32,000 nt of DNA from Candidatus Methanoperedens sp. (GCA_027460535.1 JAPZAR010000024.1:60001-92000), one strand, 5' to 3'; shown: positions 16,081 through 27,024, counted from the first letter of the stretch. The notes: generated by a model from the letters alone, not told the origin. Program-made: numbers and translations.

Positions 16081-16725
16081 TTTTAACCACCTGTCCTTTA
16101 TGCATGACGACCGCAACGATGAATCTCAAGCAGTCCCACTGATGGAGGGGGTGAAACTTGAAGTTATTTAATCCTTTCGAAATTGTTCATGTGAATTAAT
16201 TATGATTGTTAAAAAAATTGAGTTCTACGGTATACATGATCCAAGCAAAACTTATCTAATATTGTGCATATTAGCCAGGGGACGAATAGGTATGAATGCA
16301 GATTCACTGGCCATCAATCTGCGTTCATCTGCGTTTATCCGCGGTTCGATTATTATGAAATATGACTATACTTTTGCAGGGACATCGAGTGAAAAGATTG
16401 CTGAATAAGTTTGCAAGAGGCGCAGAAAATTAATTGAATTATAAACTATGAGCTATGGATTATGCTTTTTAATCATCTTGATATCAGAATCAACAAGCGT
16501 TTTTAAAATATGCAGCTCTGCCACAACACTGAGGCTTCTCAGGATTGTCATGGTTCTGGCCACAACCATCGGGACGACTCCTCGTGAATGGATTTCCAGT
16601 AAGAATGTGCCTTGAAGCAGGCTTTCCATTCAATATAGTCGTCCCATTTTTCAGAATCTTCATGCTCTGATACTTTCAACTGTTCTTCAAGATCATCAAA
16701 AGCAAGGCCATTCAGGGTTTCGCCT

Positions 16726-18210
16726 CTATTCCTTCCCGAAGAAGCTCCTCATCATCGGGTGCATCTCCATCATCTGCTGGCTGGCGATGTCCTCATACAG
16801 CCTGTACATGATGCTTACAGTGAGCAACAAGCCCGTTCCGCCCGCGCCTCCCAGAGTTCCGAGAAGGCTTGCGATGAGCGTGAGCAATCCAATGAACGCA
16901 CCGCCAATCACCGTCACCTTGGGGATATACCGCTGCATCACGCGTTCAAGCGTTCCGCTGCTCCTGCGATATCCCGGTATCTGCATGCCTGATTTCTGTA
17001 TCTTCTCGGCCACGCTCTTTGCTCCCATGCCCGTGGTTTCGATCCAGAACAGTGCAAATACAATGCCGCCTACGATGAGGAGAGTTGCGTCCGTGAATAC
17101 GTGAAGCACGATCTGCCAGCCCGGCGGCGCTGCCACACCAAGGCTGGTGAACTTTGACGAGACAAGCGAAGGTATCCAGTCATTGGGGCTGCTGATAGGG
17201 GAGAGGTAATACATCAGGCCGCTCACAGGGGTCGCCTGTTTGTATAGACCTAATATCGTAATACCACGGCTTGAAAGAATAAGCCCTATCATCTGGATAT
17301 TTGCCTGGAGCGCCCTGACAAGTATCATGGGCAGAACGCTGGCATAGATGAGCTTGACTGGGAACCTGCCCCGAGCGCCTCTCACTGCGGCATGAGCTAG
17401 CGGTATTTCGATTCGCGTACTTTCCACATACACGACCATGAGGTATATGAGAACTGTACTGAAAAGGGCCAGTATTCCTCCTTTAACGAGCAAAAAGAGC
17501 ATCCCGTCCCCCGTAAGGAGATAATCCAGTCCGATATTCGATGATGGGCTCGCTATATATATCCATTTCGGGATAAGCCCTATAGGGAAACCCGTCTCGT
17601 CCGCTTTCCAATTAAATATTCCTGTAACGATCTGCTGCGAAACACCTGCAATAATAAAAAGCCCTACGCCTGATCCTATACCCCATTTGGAAACAATCTC
17701 ATCCATGTATAAGATCAATATGCCTCCAATGCATATCTGGATAAACAACAATAAAGTGATCCAACTGACATTTACCCCGAGCTGTGCGGCCAGCCCCGCA
17801 TCCGGACGCATGTAACCTCCCAGGATCTGCGGGAGGGCCTCCAGAGCTACCATTACAAAGACAAGAAGCTTCTGCAACCCCTGGAAGATAGCCTGCTGAT
17901 GCGGATCGCTAAGATCCATCTTGATGACATTCGCCCCTACAAGTAACTGCAGAATTATTGATGCTGTCACAATCGGTCCTATTCCCAGGACCATCAGCGA
18001 ACCCGATGCGCCTGCAAAGAATGCACGGTAAAGCTCAAAAAGATCTATGGAGCTTTTATCAAGTCCGAACAGGGGGATGTTCGCAAGAGCGAAATAAAGG
18101 ACAAGAATTCCCAGCGTCCATCCCAGTTTTTTCTTAAAATGTACATGGCCTTCGGGGCGCGAAACTGCAGGAAGGCGGTTCAGCAGTGGGGCAAAACTTT
18201 CAAAAGCCAT
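16726..18210 (-). CDS. secY: Preprotein translocase subunit SecY
   Basis: 494-aa polytopic protein at the canonical position after L15 in the archaeal spc-type cluster (…LFELYRAFFAGASGSLMVLGIGPIVTASIILQLL…). Confidence 0.95.
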   Translation of the reverse strand: MAFESFAPLLNRLPAVSRPEGHVHFKKKLGWTLGILVLYFALANIPLFGLDKSSIDLFELYRAFFAGASGSLMVLGIGPIVTASIILQLLVGANVIKMDLSDPHQQAIFQGLQKLLVFVMVALEALPQILGGYMRPDAGLAAQLGVNVSWITLLLFIQICIGGILILYMDEIVSKWGIGSGVGLFIIAGVSQQIVTGIFNWKADETGFPIGLIPKWIYIASPSSNIGLDYLLTGDGMLFLLVKGGILALFSTVLIYLMVVYVESTRIEIPLAHAAVRGARGRFPVKLIYASVLPMILVRALQANIQMIGLILSSRGITILGLYKQATPVSGLMYYLSPISSPNDWIPSLVSSKFTSLGVAAPPGWQIVLHVFTDATLLIVGGIVFALFWIETTGMGAKSVAEKIQKSGMQIPGYRRSSGTLERVMQRYIPKVTVIGGAFIGLLTLIASLLGTLGGAGGTGLLLTVSIMYRLYEDIASQQMMEMHPMMRSFFGKE

Positions 18211-18215
18211 ATTTT

Positions 18216-18671
18216 TTACTCAGGTATATCCGCTGTCTTTTCGGACAGAACTATCGCATTTCCTTTGGCTTCTTCAATTTTCTGCTTTGCTGCGGAGGAA
18301 AACTCGCCGGCCGTGATAAAGATTGATTTTGTAACCCTTCCATTGCCAAGAACTTTCTCGATCCCAATGCCTGAAAGATTGATATGGAAAGCCTCGCCTT
18401 TCTTCTCAGCCAGGCCGTCTGCCACAAGCTGCTCGATAGCTTCATCGAGCTCGCCCACGTTCACGATGAACTTGTCATGAGATACAACTTCCGGTCTCTT
18501 GAATCCATGCTTCCCGAAGCTTAAACCCCGCTGCATTGACCTGACAAAATGATGCTTGCATGTGCCAGCATTGCCTCGTCCGCCGCGGCTTCCTCCACCT
18601 CTTCTATTCTTATGTGTGCCTGCGCCGAATGTTCTTTTTCCCCTGAATTTCTTTGTTTTCGTTTTGGGCAT
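18216..18671 (-). CDS. rpl15: 50S ribosomal protein L15 (uL15)
   Basis: [36 protein letters not shown]; consistent operon position. Confidence 0.93.
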   Translation of the reverse strand: MPKTKTKKFRGKRTFGAGTHKNRRGGGSRGGRGNAGTCKHHFVRSMQRGLSFGKHGFKRPEVVSHDKFIVNVGELDEAIEQLVADGLAEKKGEAFHINLSGIGIEKVLGNGRVTKSIFITAGEFSSAAKQKIEEAKGNAIVLSEKTADIPE

Positions 18672-18676
18672 AATAG

Positions 18677-19138
18677 TTACCTCATTTTGTTAAGCAAAGT
18701 ATTTATTTCATCCCCATGAAATCCAAGGTCTCCGCCTTCCAGGAAGTTCCTCTTGGTTCCCTTGAGACCTTTTCTCGCCGGATGCATCCTGAAAACCGGT
18801 TTCAATTTCGGAATATCAGATATCGAGGCTTTTCCCTCGCAGATAGCCTTTGCCAGTTCAAGAAATGATTTAAATTTCGTGTTCTTTGTAAGGTAATCCA
18901 GGGTCAATGCCTTTCCACCTTCCAGTTTTCCCCTATTCTCCAGCATCTGTGCAAGTGTCTCAGGATCAATGGGGCCCCATGCAATGAAATCTTTAGTTTT
19001 CCGTATCATACCATTGTAATTTGGGGTATCAGGAAGTATGACACAGTGATTTATCCTGTCAAGATGCAGCATGGAGAGTGTATCCTTTATATCCCGCCTT
19101 GTTTTCACGCCTCCGCGGAGTCTGACTGCTGCGTACAT
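18677..19138 (-). CDS. rpl30: 50S ribosomal protein L30 (uL30)
   Basis: [35 protein letters not shown]; consistent operon position. Confidence 0.93.
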   Translation of the reverse strand: MYAAVRLRGGVKTRRDIKDTLSMLHLDRINHCVILPDTPNYNGMIRKTKDFIAWGPIDPETLAQMLENRGKLEGGKALTLDYLTKNTKFKSFLELAKAICEGKASISDIPKLKPVFRMHPARKGLKGTKRNFLEGGDLGFHGDEINTLLNKMR

Positions 19139-19762
19139 TTATTTCACCTTCATAGTAGTGGTTCTCATAAGCGCGTTGTATGTCGCTTTCGCAAAATTGA
19201 CCGTTGTTCGTGTCTCGCCCGCTGCTCTTGCCCATACATCTTTTATACCGGCGATTTCAAGGACCTTTTTGGCGGTTCCCCCTGAAGCCAGACCAAGACC
19301 TCTGGGAGCAGGTATGAGTTCTACTTCAACGCTTCCGGACTTGCCCTTTACACCGAACGGCACCGTATGCCCCTGACCGCAGCCGCATTCCCAGGAACCG
19401 CATCCTCTTTTGATGCCAATCATATTCATTTTTGCGGCGTCTATTGCCTTCCTTATTGCGATACCGACCTGGACATCTTTTCCTTCTCCCAGGCCTATGA
19501 AGCCATCTCCATTACCTACTATTACCGTGGCTCTGAACTTCACCCTCCTTCCGGAGTCTGTCATCCTCTGGACCATGTTTATATCCAGGACTTCATCCCT
19601 TATTTCCGGGATCAATGCGTCCACTATCTGGGATTCTCTTATCGGCAACCCGGACTCAAGGGCTTCGCTCATGGTTGTTACCTGTCCTTCCTTGACGAGT
19701 TTACCCAGTCTTGTCTGTGGTATCCATTCAACCCGTCCTTCTTCGAATTCTCTGTCTCTCAT
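19139..19762 (-). CDS. rps5: 30S ribosomal protein S5 (uS5)
   Basis: …[36 protein letters not shown]… The start is refined to the ATG at 19762 (MRDREFEE), preceded by GGTGA and 5 nt after the L18 stop. The longer ORF-track start would overlap L18. Confidence 0.92.
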   Translation of the reverse strand: MRDREFEEGRVEWIPQTRLGKLVKEGQVTTMSEALESGLPIRESQIVDALIPEIRDEVLDINMVQRMTDSGRRVKFRATVIVGNGDGFIGLGEGKDVQVGIAIRKAIDAAKMNMIGIKRGCGSWECGCGQGHTVPFGVKGKSGSVEVELIPAPRGLGLASGGTAKKVLEIAGIKDVWARAAGETRTTVNFAKATYNALMRTTTMKVK

Positions 19763-19766
19763 TTTT

Positions 19767-20285
19767 TCACCTGAACTCGCCCTGAATCTTTTGTTTCGCC
19801 GCCTCAAGCTGGCCTGATATGTTGGTCTTTCTGTATTTATCGATATGCTTTCCCGTTATCCTGTCCTCTGATGGGAAAATCTCTTTACTGTGCGGTATTT
19901 CCAGACCTGAATCCACTGCTCCTTTCAAAGCAGCATATATCCTGCCGCCTTTCGTGGTATGACAAATGCCCTGGTCAAGTATTGCCTCGGTCTGTCCTTT
20001 TTTCTTCGCACGGTATCCCAGCAATAACCCTGTGAGGTAAGCCGAGGGAATATTTCCTGTACCTGCGTCATACCCGTATTTCTTTAACTCGCTGGTGTTC
20101 GCTGAAGCGATGGTAACATCGCCTTTTTTATCAAGTAAAACTAACTGTATGATCGTATTCTTTAGACTTTTCCTGACTACGAGCCTGGGTTTTCTGGATA
20201 TGAGAAGCTGTTTTCTAGCCCTGTAATCCGTCTTGCCCGTCCTGGCCCGTCTGAACCGTACCCGGTATCGTGCTCCTGTCGCCAT
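19767..20285 (-). CDS. rpl18: 50S ribosomal protein L18 (uL18)
   Basis: [28 protein letters not shown]. The ATG at 20285 is preceded by GGAGG; the ORF-track start at 20294 is a TTG. Confidence 0.92.
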   Translation of the reverse strand: MATGARYRVRFRRARTGKTDYRARKQLLISRKPRLVVRKSLKNTIIQLVLLDKKGDVTIASANTSELKKYGYDAGTGNIPSAYLTGLLLGYRAKKKGQTEAILDQGICHTTKGGRIYAALKGAVDSGLEIPHSKEIFPSEDRITGKHIDKYRKTNISGQLEAAKQKIQGEFR

Positions 20286-20290
20286 AAAAT

Positions 20291-20737
20291 TCAAGCCTCC
20301 TTGAGCTGCTCAATATGAGCATTCAGGTGCGCCCTGCTTCTATATTCTCCGCCTTTTGCTTTGAGATATAATTTCCTGTATGTCGGCACATCTATAGTGT
20401 TGTTATCTTTGAGTTCCTTGAGCCGGCTGCGCAGCGCCCGGATCTTTTTCATCCACTGTTCTTTCTTTGGTCTTCGAGCACCTTTTGCGCCGCTTCTGGA
20501 GCCATGCCCTTTTCTGTGCCCGTAAGCCCGGGTCTCATCCACCTTTCGGGCTCTTCCGCGGCTGACCCCTCTGATATCCCTTTTACCGACCTTTTTTTCT
20601 TCGATCAGTTTACGGATATCTTCCCTCGTTAAGGCTGCTTCTATGTCCTTGGAGGCATCCGGATCCATCCATACCCTGTTTACTCCGATATCCATTACTT
20701 CAGCAGCCAATCGTCGCTGGTTTGCAAGGTCTGTCAT
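20291..20737 (-). CDS. rpl19e: 50S ribosomal protein L19e (eL19)
   Basis: [27 protein letters not shown]…; archaeal/eukaryal-specific protein in its canonical position. Confidence 0.93.
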   Translation of the reverse strand: MTDLANQRRLAAEVMDIGVNRVWMDPDASKDIEAALTREDIRKLIEEKKVGKRDIRGVSRGRARKVDETRAYGHRKGHGSRSGAKGARRPKKEQWMKKIRALRSRLKELKDNNTIDVPTYRKLYLKAKGGEYRSRAHLNAHIEQLKEA

Positions 20738-20738
20738 A

Positions 20739-21395
20739 TTATTCTTCCCTCCTTGAGGGGTTCAAAATCTTCAACCCTAACTCGGCGGCCTTCGCCTCTA
20801 TCTGTATACGCTTTCTCGATCCCACAGTACGGGCTATCCTGGCTGCCTGCTTCCCTGCCTTCAGGGACTCGAGTTCCTTAGTATTGTTCACGATAACATC
20901 TTCAAATCCTGATGGATGCAGACCCCTGACGAGCGCCGGGCTGCCGTATCCGGCTTCCACAAGCGGGCATTTCCCCTTAACAGCATAGCGCGTTTTATTA
21001 TGAATACCGTCGGGTCTTCTCCAGTAATCAGCGAGTTTCTTCTTCTTGTGGGAATCCGTTTGCTTGAAGGTCGGCTTTTTGCTTTTCTGTTTCTTCCTCA
21101 CTTCAAGTAGTCTCTTTGTTTCTTCATCGATAGCGATAGTGATCTTTGGAGCTTCCAGTGCTTCCATTTTCTCTTCGGGCTTCTCTTCTTCGATAACGAT
21201 TTTATCAGAAGACTCTTTTATTTTGTGTGCGAGTTTCTCGCCTATTCCCTTAATACCAGCAATTTCATCCACATCTGCTTTCTTGATCAACTTAATAGTG
21301 GTGAATCCTGCATCGAAGAGTAATTTGGCCTTCGCTTTTCCCACACCATCGAGGGTCGTGAGCTGTTTAATCGCATCATCTTCCATATTTCTCAC
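20739..21395 (-). CDS. rpl32e: 50S ribosomal protein L32e (eL32) with N-terminal helix-hairpin-helix extension
   Basis: The C-terminal half, …[41 protein letters not shown]…, is the L32e core. The N-terminal ~70 aa carry two HhH motifs ([24 protein letters not shown]). Confidence 0.9.
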   Translation of the reverse strand: MRNMEDDAIKQLTTLDGVGKAKAKLLFDAGFTTIKLIKKADVDEIAGIKGIGEKLAHKIKESSDKIVIEEEKPEEKMEALEAPKITIAIDEETKRLLEVRKKQKSKKPTFKQTDSHKKKKLADYWRRPDGIHNKTRYAVKGKCPLVEAGYGSPALVRGLHPSGFEDVIVNNTKELESLKAGKQAARIARTVGSRKRIQIEAKAAELGLKILNPSRREE

Positions 21396-21931
21396 CGTCC
21401 GGACCGCTCAACGAGGTATACTCCATCCTGGAACACCCTCGGGTCAAATCTTCTGATCTTTGTGGCCTGCTGAATATTGGCGGTCGTCTGTCCGACTTCT
21501 TCCTTATTTATCCCGTTGACAATTACCTGGTCCCCTTTTATTGTGACCTTGGTATTTCCCAGGATATTTGCTTTTCTTGATTTCTTTTCGCCAAGGAAAT
21601 TGGCTATTAATAGCTGGTTCCCCTCGGTCTTTAACTGGATAGGAAAATGCGAATAAACCATTTTCATCTTATACTCATATCCCTTGGTTACTCCAGTTAT
21701 CATATTCTTCAAATGGGATTCAAACGTGCCCAGTATTGCAAGCTGTTCTCTTCTCGTTTCATCGGTCTCAATAATCACTTCTGAATCAGCTTTCTTGATA
21801 CTGACTCTGGGATACCAGAGTTCTCTCTGGAGTGATCCGAGAGGGCCTGAAATAGACACAGTAGTGTTACTGATAGTGATATTCACGCCCTCTGGAATCC
21901 CTACCGTTCTCTTTGTTTCCATGACATTCAC
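21392..21931 (-). CDS. rpl6: 50S ribosomal protein L6 (uL6)
   Basis: …IPEGVNITISNTTVSISGPLGSLQREL…; consistent operon position. Confidence 0.92.
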   Translation of the reverse strand: MNVMETKRTVGIPEGVNITISNTTVSISGPLGSLQRELWYPRVSIKKADSEVIIETDETRREQLAILGTFESHLKNMITGVTKGYEYKMKMVYSHFPIQLKTEGNQLLIANFLGEKKSRKANILGNTKVTIKGDQVIVNGINKEEVGQTTANIQQATKIRRFDPRVFQDGVYLVERSGR

Positions 21932-22321
21932 CTAATATACATAAGCGAGTAATTCCCCGCCAATACCATTTTCTCTTGCTTCATCATGGGTCATAACACC
22001 ATCCGGGGTGGTTATGATTATGGATCCAAAGCCCCTTGCAGGCAGGAACCGTTTTTCCCATTTTTCAAATTCGATGTTCTTGACTGCGTGCCTTGGTCTG
22101 ATTACTCCGCATTTGTTGATCTTTCCTTTAAGCTGTACCTTGAAATGGCCGGATTTACCATCATCGATGAATTCGAATTCACCGATGTATCCTTTATCCT
22201 TCATGACCTTAAGCACACTTCCTATGAGTTTGGATGCCGGGCTAATCGTGCACTCAGGTTTACCTGTAGTTTCTGCATTTTTTATTATTGACATCGCATC
22301 TGCGAGTGGATCTAATAACAT
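21932..22321 (-). CDS. rps8: 30S ribosomal protein S8 (uS8)
   Basis: [24 protein letters not shown]… The ATG at 22321 is preceded by AGGTGAT; the ORF-track start at 22330 is a GTG. Confidence 0.92.
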   Translation of the reverse strand: MLLDPLADAMSIIKNAETTGKPECTISPASKLIGSVLKVMKDKGYIGEFEFIDDGKSGHFKVQLKGKINKCGVIRPRHAVKNIEFEKWEKRFLPARGFGSIIITTPDGVMTHDEARENGIGGELLAYVY

Positions 22322-22330
22322 ATGAATCAC

Positions 22331-22483
22331 CTATGTGTATTTCTCAAAGCCCATGTTGTATGCAATTTCCCTGAAGCATTGCCTGCAGAGGTATATGCCG
22401 TATTTTCGGACAAGTCCCTGTTTTCTGCTGCAGCGTTTGCAGACATTAGCGCCCCTACCGAATTTTTTGTTACTTCTTTCCAT
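22331..22483 (-). CDS. rps14: 30S ribosomal protein S14 (uS14, zinc-ribbon type), 50 aa - below the ORF-track length cut-off
   Basis: Hand translation of the minus strand gives [50 protein letters not shown], with CxxC…CxxC. The ATG directly abuts the L5 stop. Stop codon is TAG at 22331-22333. Confidence 0.9.
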   Translation of the reverse strand: MERSNKKFGRGANVCKRCSRKQGLVRKYGIYLCRQCFREIAYNMGFEKYT

Positions 22484-22990
22484 CTAAATTACCTCCACAT
22501 TGTACTTACTTTTTACAAAAGAGATCGCATCTTCTTTTGTCAGCCTGTGGTTCTGCGGTATCTTGTGTTTCTCGATCTTTCGCCTGCTTATCCTGTATCC
22601 GGGTCTTTTTAAAGCCACATTGACATCCATTCCAAAGATGCCAATGGAAGGGTCGTATTTCATCCCTGGAAAATCTGTATGTTCCTCAATCCCAAATGAA
22701 AAGTTGCCATTATCATCGAACTGAGATTCATTCAATTTATTATCGACGATCTTTAAGGCAGTTTTCAGGAACTCGCCTGCTTTAGTTGATCTCAATGTTA
22801 CCTTGCATCCGATGGGTTCCTTTTTCTTTATGGAGAAGGTTGGTATCGTTTTTCTTGCAACCGCACGTATCGTTTTTTGTTTGACGATTGTTCCGAGCAA
22901 TTTTTCCGCGTTCGTCAATCGTTCTCCGCTCTCTCCTGTGCCAATATGAACGGTGATCTTGTCAATTGAAGGTGTTCTCATTGGCTCCAT
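22484..22990 (-). CDS. rpl5: 50S ribosomal protein L5 (uL5)
   Basis: …[17 protein letters not shown]…[27 protein letters not shown]…. Confidence 0.93.
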   Translation of the reverse strand: MEPMRTPSIDKITVHIGTGESGERLTNAEKLLGTIVKQKTIRAVARKTIPTFSIKKKEPIGCKVTLRSTKAGEFLKTALKIVDNKLNESQFDDNGNFSFGIEEHTDFPGMKYDPSIGIFGMDVNVALKRPGYRISRRKIEKHKIPQNHRLTKEDAISFVKSKYNVEVI

Positions 22991-23689
22991 TTAAACCACC
23001 TTGATCTCAGGCGTTGATTCACCTATCATGAAGACATAATTCTCGATTGTCTCAAATTCGTTTTCGTTTGAAAGCACGACCATGTTTGTTCCTGAACCCC
23101 GGACCTTACGGATCTGTTTAATCTTCCCGATCTCTCCGGAATGTTCTCCTCCCACGATCAGGGCAAGATTTCCTGTTTTATAAGCTATGTGTTTTGCGAT
23201 GTTTCGATCCGGCAAGGATAGCATTATAGTGTCAAACGTTTTGTACTCATTGGACGCAAGCAAGTTGTTTCCATCATGCAAGTTGAGCTGAACCCCGCCT
23301 TTTCTCAGGACGGTCTTATTGTTGACCCTGCATAGTTTGAGTGCACCCTGGCTTTCTTTAAAGAGTTTGAACCTGTTATTAGCATCGAGAAGGAGGCGAT
23401 AATACTCATTCACCGCTGGTAGGGATACTATATCAAAAAGCCCTGTCATGTACTTGTAATCTTTTCTCGCTATCCCATCAACTAAAATGTTCCCTTCGTT
23501 AATGATCCTCTTTGCTTCCCTGCTGTTATTTGCTATTTTGAGCATGTCTCTGACGACCACGAGCAGTGGAATTCCAGTTTCTTTTGAGTGACTCCCTGCA
23601 TTCGCGCCAACTACCCACGCATGTGTCTTTCTTGTAATTGGCCATGACCTTGGGGCCGCCACTCTAATTTGATGTCTTCCCATTTTCAA
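22991..23689 (-). CDS. rps4e: 30S ribosomal protein S4e (eS4)
   Basis: [27 protein letters not shown]…; canonical position between L24 and L5. Confidence 0.92.
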   Translation of the reverse strand: MKMGRHQIRVAAPRSWPITRKTHAWVVGANAGSHSKETGIPLLVVVRDMLKIANNSREAKRIINEGNILVDGIARKDYKYMTGLFDIVSLPAVNEYYRLLLDANNRFKLFKESQGALKLCRVNNKTVLRKGGVQLNLHDGNNLLASNEYKTFDTIMLSLPDRNIAKHIAYKTGNLALIVGGEHSGEIGKIKQIRKVRGSGTNMVVLSNENEFETIENYVFMIGESTPEIKVV

Positions 23690-24036
23690 TCACCCAGGCG
23701 CTTTTCATCTTTGAGTTCTAATTTCGTGATCATTACATTTGAGGGCTGTATCGGCCTTGGTACTTCAGTGCCATCCGATTTGGTCACACTGACACCATCA
23801 ACTGTGATGGTCATTTTCTTAAGGTCTACCGCCGCCACTTTACCTTCTGTGCCCCTATGGTCGCCTCGCAATACCTTGACAGTATCTCCTGTATGGACTG
23901 GTATGGTTTTTACGCCATGTTTCTTTTTAAGTTCATCGCTTAACATCGCACCCATTAATTTATGCCTTAAGTGAAGCGGGGCCTGATATCTGGATTTTCT
24001 CTGTTTTCTTGGTTGTGATGATACCATGAATTTCAC
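23686..24036 (-). CDS. rpl24: 50S ribosomal protein L24 (uL24)
   Basis: …[23 protein letters not shown]…[21 protein letters not shown]… (KOW motif). Confidence 0.92.
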   Translation of the reverse strand: MKFMVSSQPRKQRKSRYQAPLHLRHKLMGAMLSDELKKKHGVKTIPVHTGDTVKVLRGDHRGTEGKVAAVDLKKMTITVDGVSVTKSDGTEVPRPIQPSNVMITKLELKDEKRLGD

Positions 24037-24435
24037 CTACACTATGACCGAGGCCGCAGATGCTATTTTTGAATAACGCTCCGCGGCTTCCCGTGCAACC
24101 GGTCCTTTTATTTCTGTGCCTTTTGGCACGCCTTCCTCATCAACTATCACGCATGCATTATCTTCAAATGAGACCCTCAAACCATCGGGCCGCCTGAACT
24201 CCTTTTTCTGGCGTATCAAAACCGCCCTGAAGACCTGTTTTCTCATCTCCGGGGTTCCCTTCTTGACACTCACTATAAAAGTATCCCCGATACCGCCCCT
24301 GGGATGCCTGTTCTTCACACCGCGGTATTTTAACACTGAAATCACCTCAACCACACGCGCACCTGTGTTATCGGCACATTCCATCCTGGCAGCAGAGTTC
24401 ATAGAGCGCGGGATTTTTGCCTTCATTCCTCTCAT
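24037..24435 (-). CDS. rpl14: 50S ribosomal protein L14 (uL14)
   Basis: [34 protein letters not shown]… The start is refined to the ATG at 24435, which overlaps the S17 stop (ATGA) and gives the usual 132 aa. Confidence 0.92.
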   Translation of the reverse strand: MRGMKAKIPRSMNSAARMECADNTGARVVEVISVLKYRGVKNRHPRGGIGDTFIVSVKKGTPEMRKQVFRAVLIRQKKEFRRPDGLRVSFEDNACVIVDEEGVPKGTEIKGPVAREAAERYSKIASAASVIV

Positions 24436-24761
24436 TTTGCCACCTCTATGACCACGTAAGACTTTGTCTTGGAAAGCGGTCTGCATTCAGCAACTGTCAC
24501 ATTATCGCCTTCTTTTGCGCTTAAGCAGGGAGGATTGTGAGCATGTACTTTGGTTTTTCTCTTTTCGTATCTCTCGTATTTTACAATCTTTTTCTCAAAT
24601 GTTCTCTGCACTACCACAGTTTTATCCATTTTATCGCTTACAACCACTCCGCTGAGGACCTGCCCTCTAACAGGCAGTTCTCCATGAAATGGACAATTTG
24701 GATCTGTGCATTCTTTTGTGGGTGGCTGAACATCCAGCCCGATATCGCGTGACATAATCAT
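24432..24761 (-). CDS. rps17: 30S ribosomal protein S17 (uS17)
   Basis: …[33 protein letters not shown]… The start may be the second ATG at 24755 (GAGGT upstream). Confidence 0.92.
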   Translation of the reverse strand: MIMSRDIGLDVQPPTKECTDPNCPFHGELPVRGQVLSGVVVSDKMDKTVVVQRTFEKKIVKYERYEKRKTKVHAHNPPCLSAKEGDNVTVAECRPLSKTKSYVVIEVAK

Positions 24762-24769
24762 TACCTCAT

Positions 24770-25081
24770 TTATTTCCTGAATTTCCTTTTGAACTTAGTC
24801 TGAATTCTATTTTCGGGTTGCGAGAGCAATAATCTTCCATCAACTTTAATATTCAACGGTAAGTAACGTTTGCCGTCAAAAGATGGAAGAGTAAATATGA
24901 AAGATGAACGGGATTTAGGAATATTTTTTATCCGTTCACCAGCTTCTATTGTCAGTATATTTCTTGTTTCATCAACTATCCGTCCCCCAATTCCAATGAG
25001 GGAGCTATTTGTGCTGTCCACTACTTTTGTATCGAGACCTATGAGTTCATGGTGTATGATATTGTGTGGTGTCAGCTTCAT
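24770..25081 (-). CDS. rnp1: RNase P protein component 1 (Rpp29/Pop4 homologue)
   Basis: …[36 protein letters not shown]…; canonical archaeal position between L29 and S17. Confidence 0.85.
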   Translation of the reverse strand: MKLTPHNIIHHELIGLDTKVVDSTNSSLIGIGGRIVDETRNILTIEAGERIKNIPKSRSSFIFTLPSFDGKRYLPLNIKVDGRLLLSQPENRIQTKFKRKFRK

Positions 25082-25281
25082 TATTCTTTAGGTTCCTTCT
25101 GGATCGTTCTAATTCTGGCGATCGTTCTCCTGATCGCTTTCAATCTGCCGGGATTTTCAGGAGCCCCGCCTGCTGAGGCGATCGCACGCTCCCGGATTAA
25201 TTCCAGTTTGAGTTTGTCTAATTCTTCCTGCTTTTCTGTAGGATTCATGTTCCTGATTTCATCCGCACGAAGTATGGCCAT
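25081..25281 (-). CDS. rpl29: 50S ribosomal protein L29 (uL29)
   Basis: [33 protein letters not shown]…. Confidence 0.92.
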   Translation of the reverse strand: MAILRADEIRNMNPTEKQEELDKLKLELIRERAIASAGGAPENPGRLKAIRRTIARIRTIQKEPKE

Positions 25282-26159
25282 CAGCTTTCCTCCTTCTTAT
25301 GGATACGCGGTACTGGGTGCCAGTACTCATAGCCTGAATGCCTGTGTTCCATGACATCGCCATGCATCCTTTCTTCTATATTCTCATCGTGAATTCCGGC
25401 AATCTCTGAATCCTGTGTTTCAGGTTCCGACACTGGAGCTTCGGGTTTTATCTCAACGACAGGGGCAGGTGTTTCAGGTGCTGCTTCAGGTCTCTTTTCC
25501 CCTGATGCCTTCACAATTTCCTCCATACCTGCCTGTTTCATTGCTTCGGGTGCTGCAGCGGCAGCAACCTGTACCGTCTTGAACTTACCTGGTAGTGTGA
25601 TAGTGGGCGGAACGATTCTCACACGGCATCCGATTATTCCCAATTTTTTTATCGCTATTGCAAATCCTTTATCCACAAGTTCCATTGCCGGATTTCCTGC
25701 ATGGAGCATGTTACCCGCGACGAACTTTTCCGTCCTTTTTCTCGGACCTGTTAGTTTCCCCGCGATATCTATCTCGCAGCCAAGTGCACCGGATTCCATT
25801 ATCCTGCGGAGCATGTTATGACCCGCTTTCCTGAAGTACAGCCCGCGCTCGATTGCGGCCGCCAGCCTTGAAGCCATCATCTGTGCATTCAGTTCCGGGA
25901 CTTTTACTTCCTGGACATCTATCTGGGGATTGTCAACTTTGAAAACTACCTCAAGGTCGTGGGTGAGTTTGTGTATCGTTTTTCCACCCTTGCCTATGAT
26001 CATACCGGGCTTCTCAGCAAATATGGTAACCTGGGTACCCATGGGAGTGCGGTTGATATTCATACCTCCGTAACCAGCCCGTTCTAACTGTTTCTGGAAG
26101 TACTCAGCCATCTGCGCCTTATCGAGACCGTTCTTCACGAATTTCCGTTCTACTCCCAT
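25281..26159 (-). CDS. rps3: 30S ribosomal protein S3 (uS3) with Pro/Glu-rich, His-containing C-terminal tail
   Basis: KH domain: …[27 protein letters not shown]… The tail is [29 protein letters not shown]…. Confidence 0.92.
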   Translation of the reverse strand: MGVERKFVKNGLDKAQMAEYFQKQLERAGYGGMNINRTPMGTQVTIFAEKPGMIIGKGGKTIHKLTHDLEVVFKVDNPQIDVQEVKVPELNAQMMASRLAAAIERGLYFRKAGHNMLRRIMESGALGCEIDIAGKLTGPRKRTEKFVAGNMLHAGNPAMELVDKGFAIAIKKLGIIGCRVRIVPPTITLPGKFKTVQVAAAAAPEAMKQAGMEEIVKASGEKRPEAAPETPAPVVEIKPEAPVSEPETQDSEIAGIHDENIEERMHGDVMEHRHSGYEYWHPVPRIHKKEES

Positions 26160-26605
26160 TATTGCGCCTCCAGTATCATTTCAACACTGACTGTTTCATG
26201 GTCTTTAGGTGTAGCTCTTCCCTGGGCTCTCGGGAATCTTCCCCTGTATGTATGGCCCTTTTTTGTGGCTACGTGTATTATTCTCATATTTTCCGAGTCA
26301 AGCCCTTTGTACCTCGCATTGCTCTCGACATTTGTTAACACTTTGAGAAATTCTTTAGCTGCTTTCTGCGGGTACCTGCCGGTACACATCCCTCTCCTGT
26401 GGGGAACATTTCGTGTAAACCTCTTATACGGCACGGCCCGCTTCAGATTGGAGACATCCTCAAGAAATCCCCGTGCTATATCGATCTTCATACCTCTTAT
26501 TGCGGATGATATCTCATGTGCATGTTTTCTTGAGATCGGAAGTTCTTTACCAATGGCTTTCGCGGTTTTTTCAGGGACTGGTTCAATAGAGTAATTTAAT
26601 TTCAT
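26159..26605 (-). CDS. rpl22: 50S ribosomal protein L22 (uL22)
   Basis: MKLNYSIEPVPEKTAKAIGKELPISRKHAHEISSAIRGMKID… The ATG at 26605 is preceded by GTGAT. GTG 26614 and ATG 26611 are alternative starts. Confidence 0.9.
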   Translation of the reverse strand: MKLNYSIEPVPEKTAKAIGKELPISRKHAHEISSAIRGMKIDIARGFLEDVSNLKRAVPYKRFTRNVPHRRGMCTGRYPQKAAKEFLKVLTNVESNARYKGLDSENMRIIHVATKKGHTYRGRFPRAQGRATPKDHETVSVEMILEAQ

Positions 26606-26610
26606 GTGCA

Positions 26611-27024
26611 TCACTTCAATGGAATGAATTTGCTCGATCTCGTAGCGCCGATACCTGCTGCACCGTGGGATACTTTCTTACGGGTAAGTACGAACTCACC
26701 CATATAATGACCCACCATCTCCGGGATCATCTCTACCGGTGTAAACTCCTTGCCACTATGAATGGCAATTTTCATCCCTACCATCTCTGGCAGGATTATC
26801 ATATCCCGCAGATGCGTCTTTATATTCGGGTCATTTATCTTAACTTTATGTAATAATTTTTTATGCTCTTCAGAGAATCCCCGCAGTATTGTGCGGCGCT
26901 GCCTTGCGGGTACGAGCTTTGCGAACTCTTCAAGACTCAACTTCTTGAGGTCCTCCAATGTCTTTCCACGATATGTGAATTCACCTTTCCTTTTGGGTAC
27001 TTTTGATAATAATTTCTTTGCCAT
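26611..27024 (-). CDS. rps19: 30S ribosomal protein S19 (uS19)
   Basis: …[36 protein letters not shown]…. Confidence 0.93.
   Translation of the reverse strand: MAKKLLSKVPKRKGEFTYRGKTLEDLKKLSLEEFAKLVPARQRRTILRGFSEEHKKLLHKVKINDPNIKTHLRDMIILPEMVGMKIAIHSGKEFTPVEMIPEMVGHYMGEFVLTRKKVSHGAAGIGATRSSKFIPLK

Noticed and set aside
16338-16352. tRNA T-loop-like word ccgcGGTTCGATtat
   Set aside because: There is no complementary T-stem after the loop, and no acceptor or anticodon arms can be drawn around it. It is part of the atccgcgg repeat word. I found no tRNA in the window.
16202-16408. 68-aa plus-strand ORF upstream of the giant gene
   Set aside because: It spans the promoter region of the divergent minus-strand gene and the atctgcg-type repeat (translated as …INLRSSAFIRGS…). 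No motif support.
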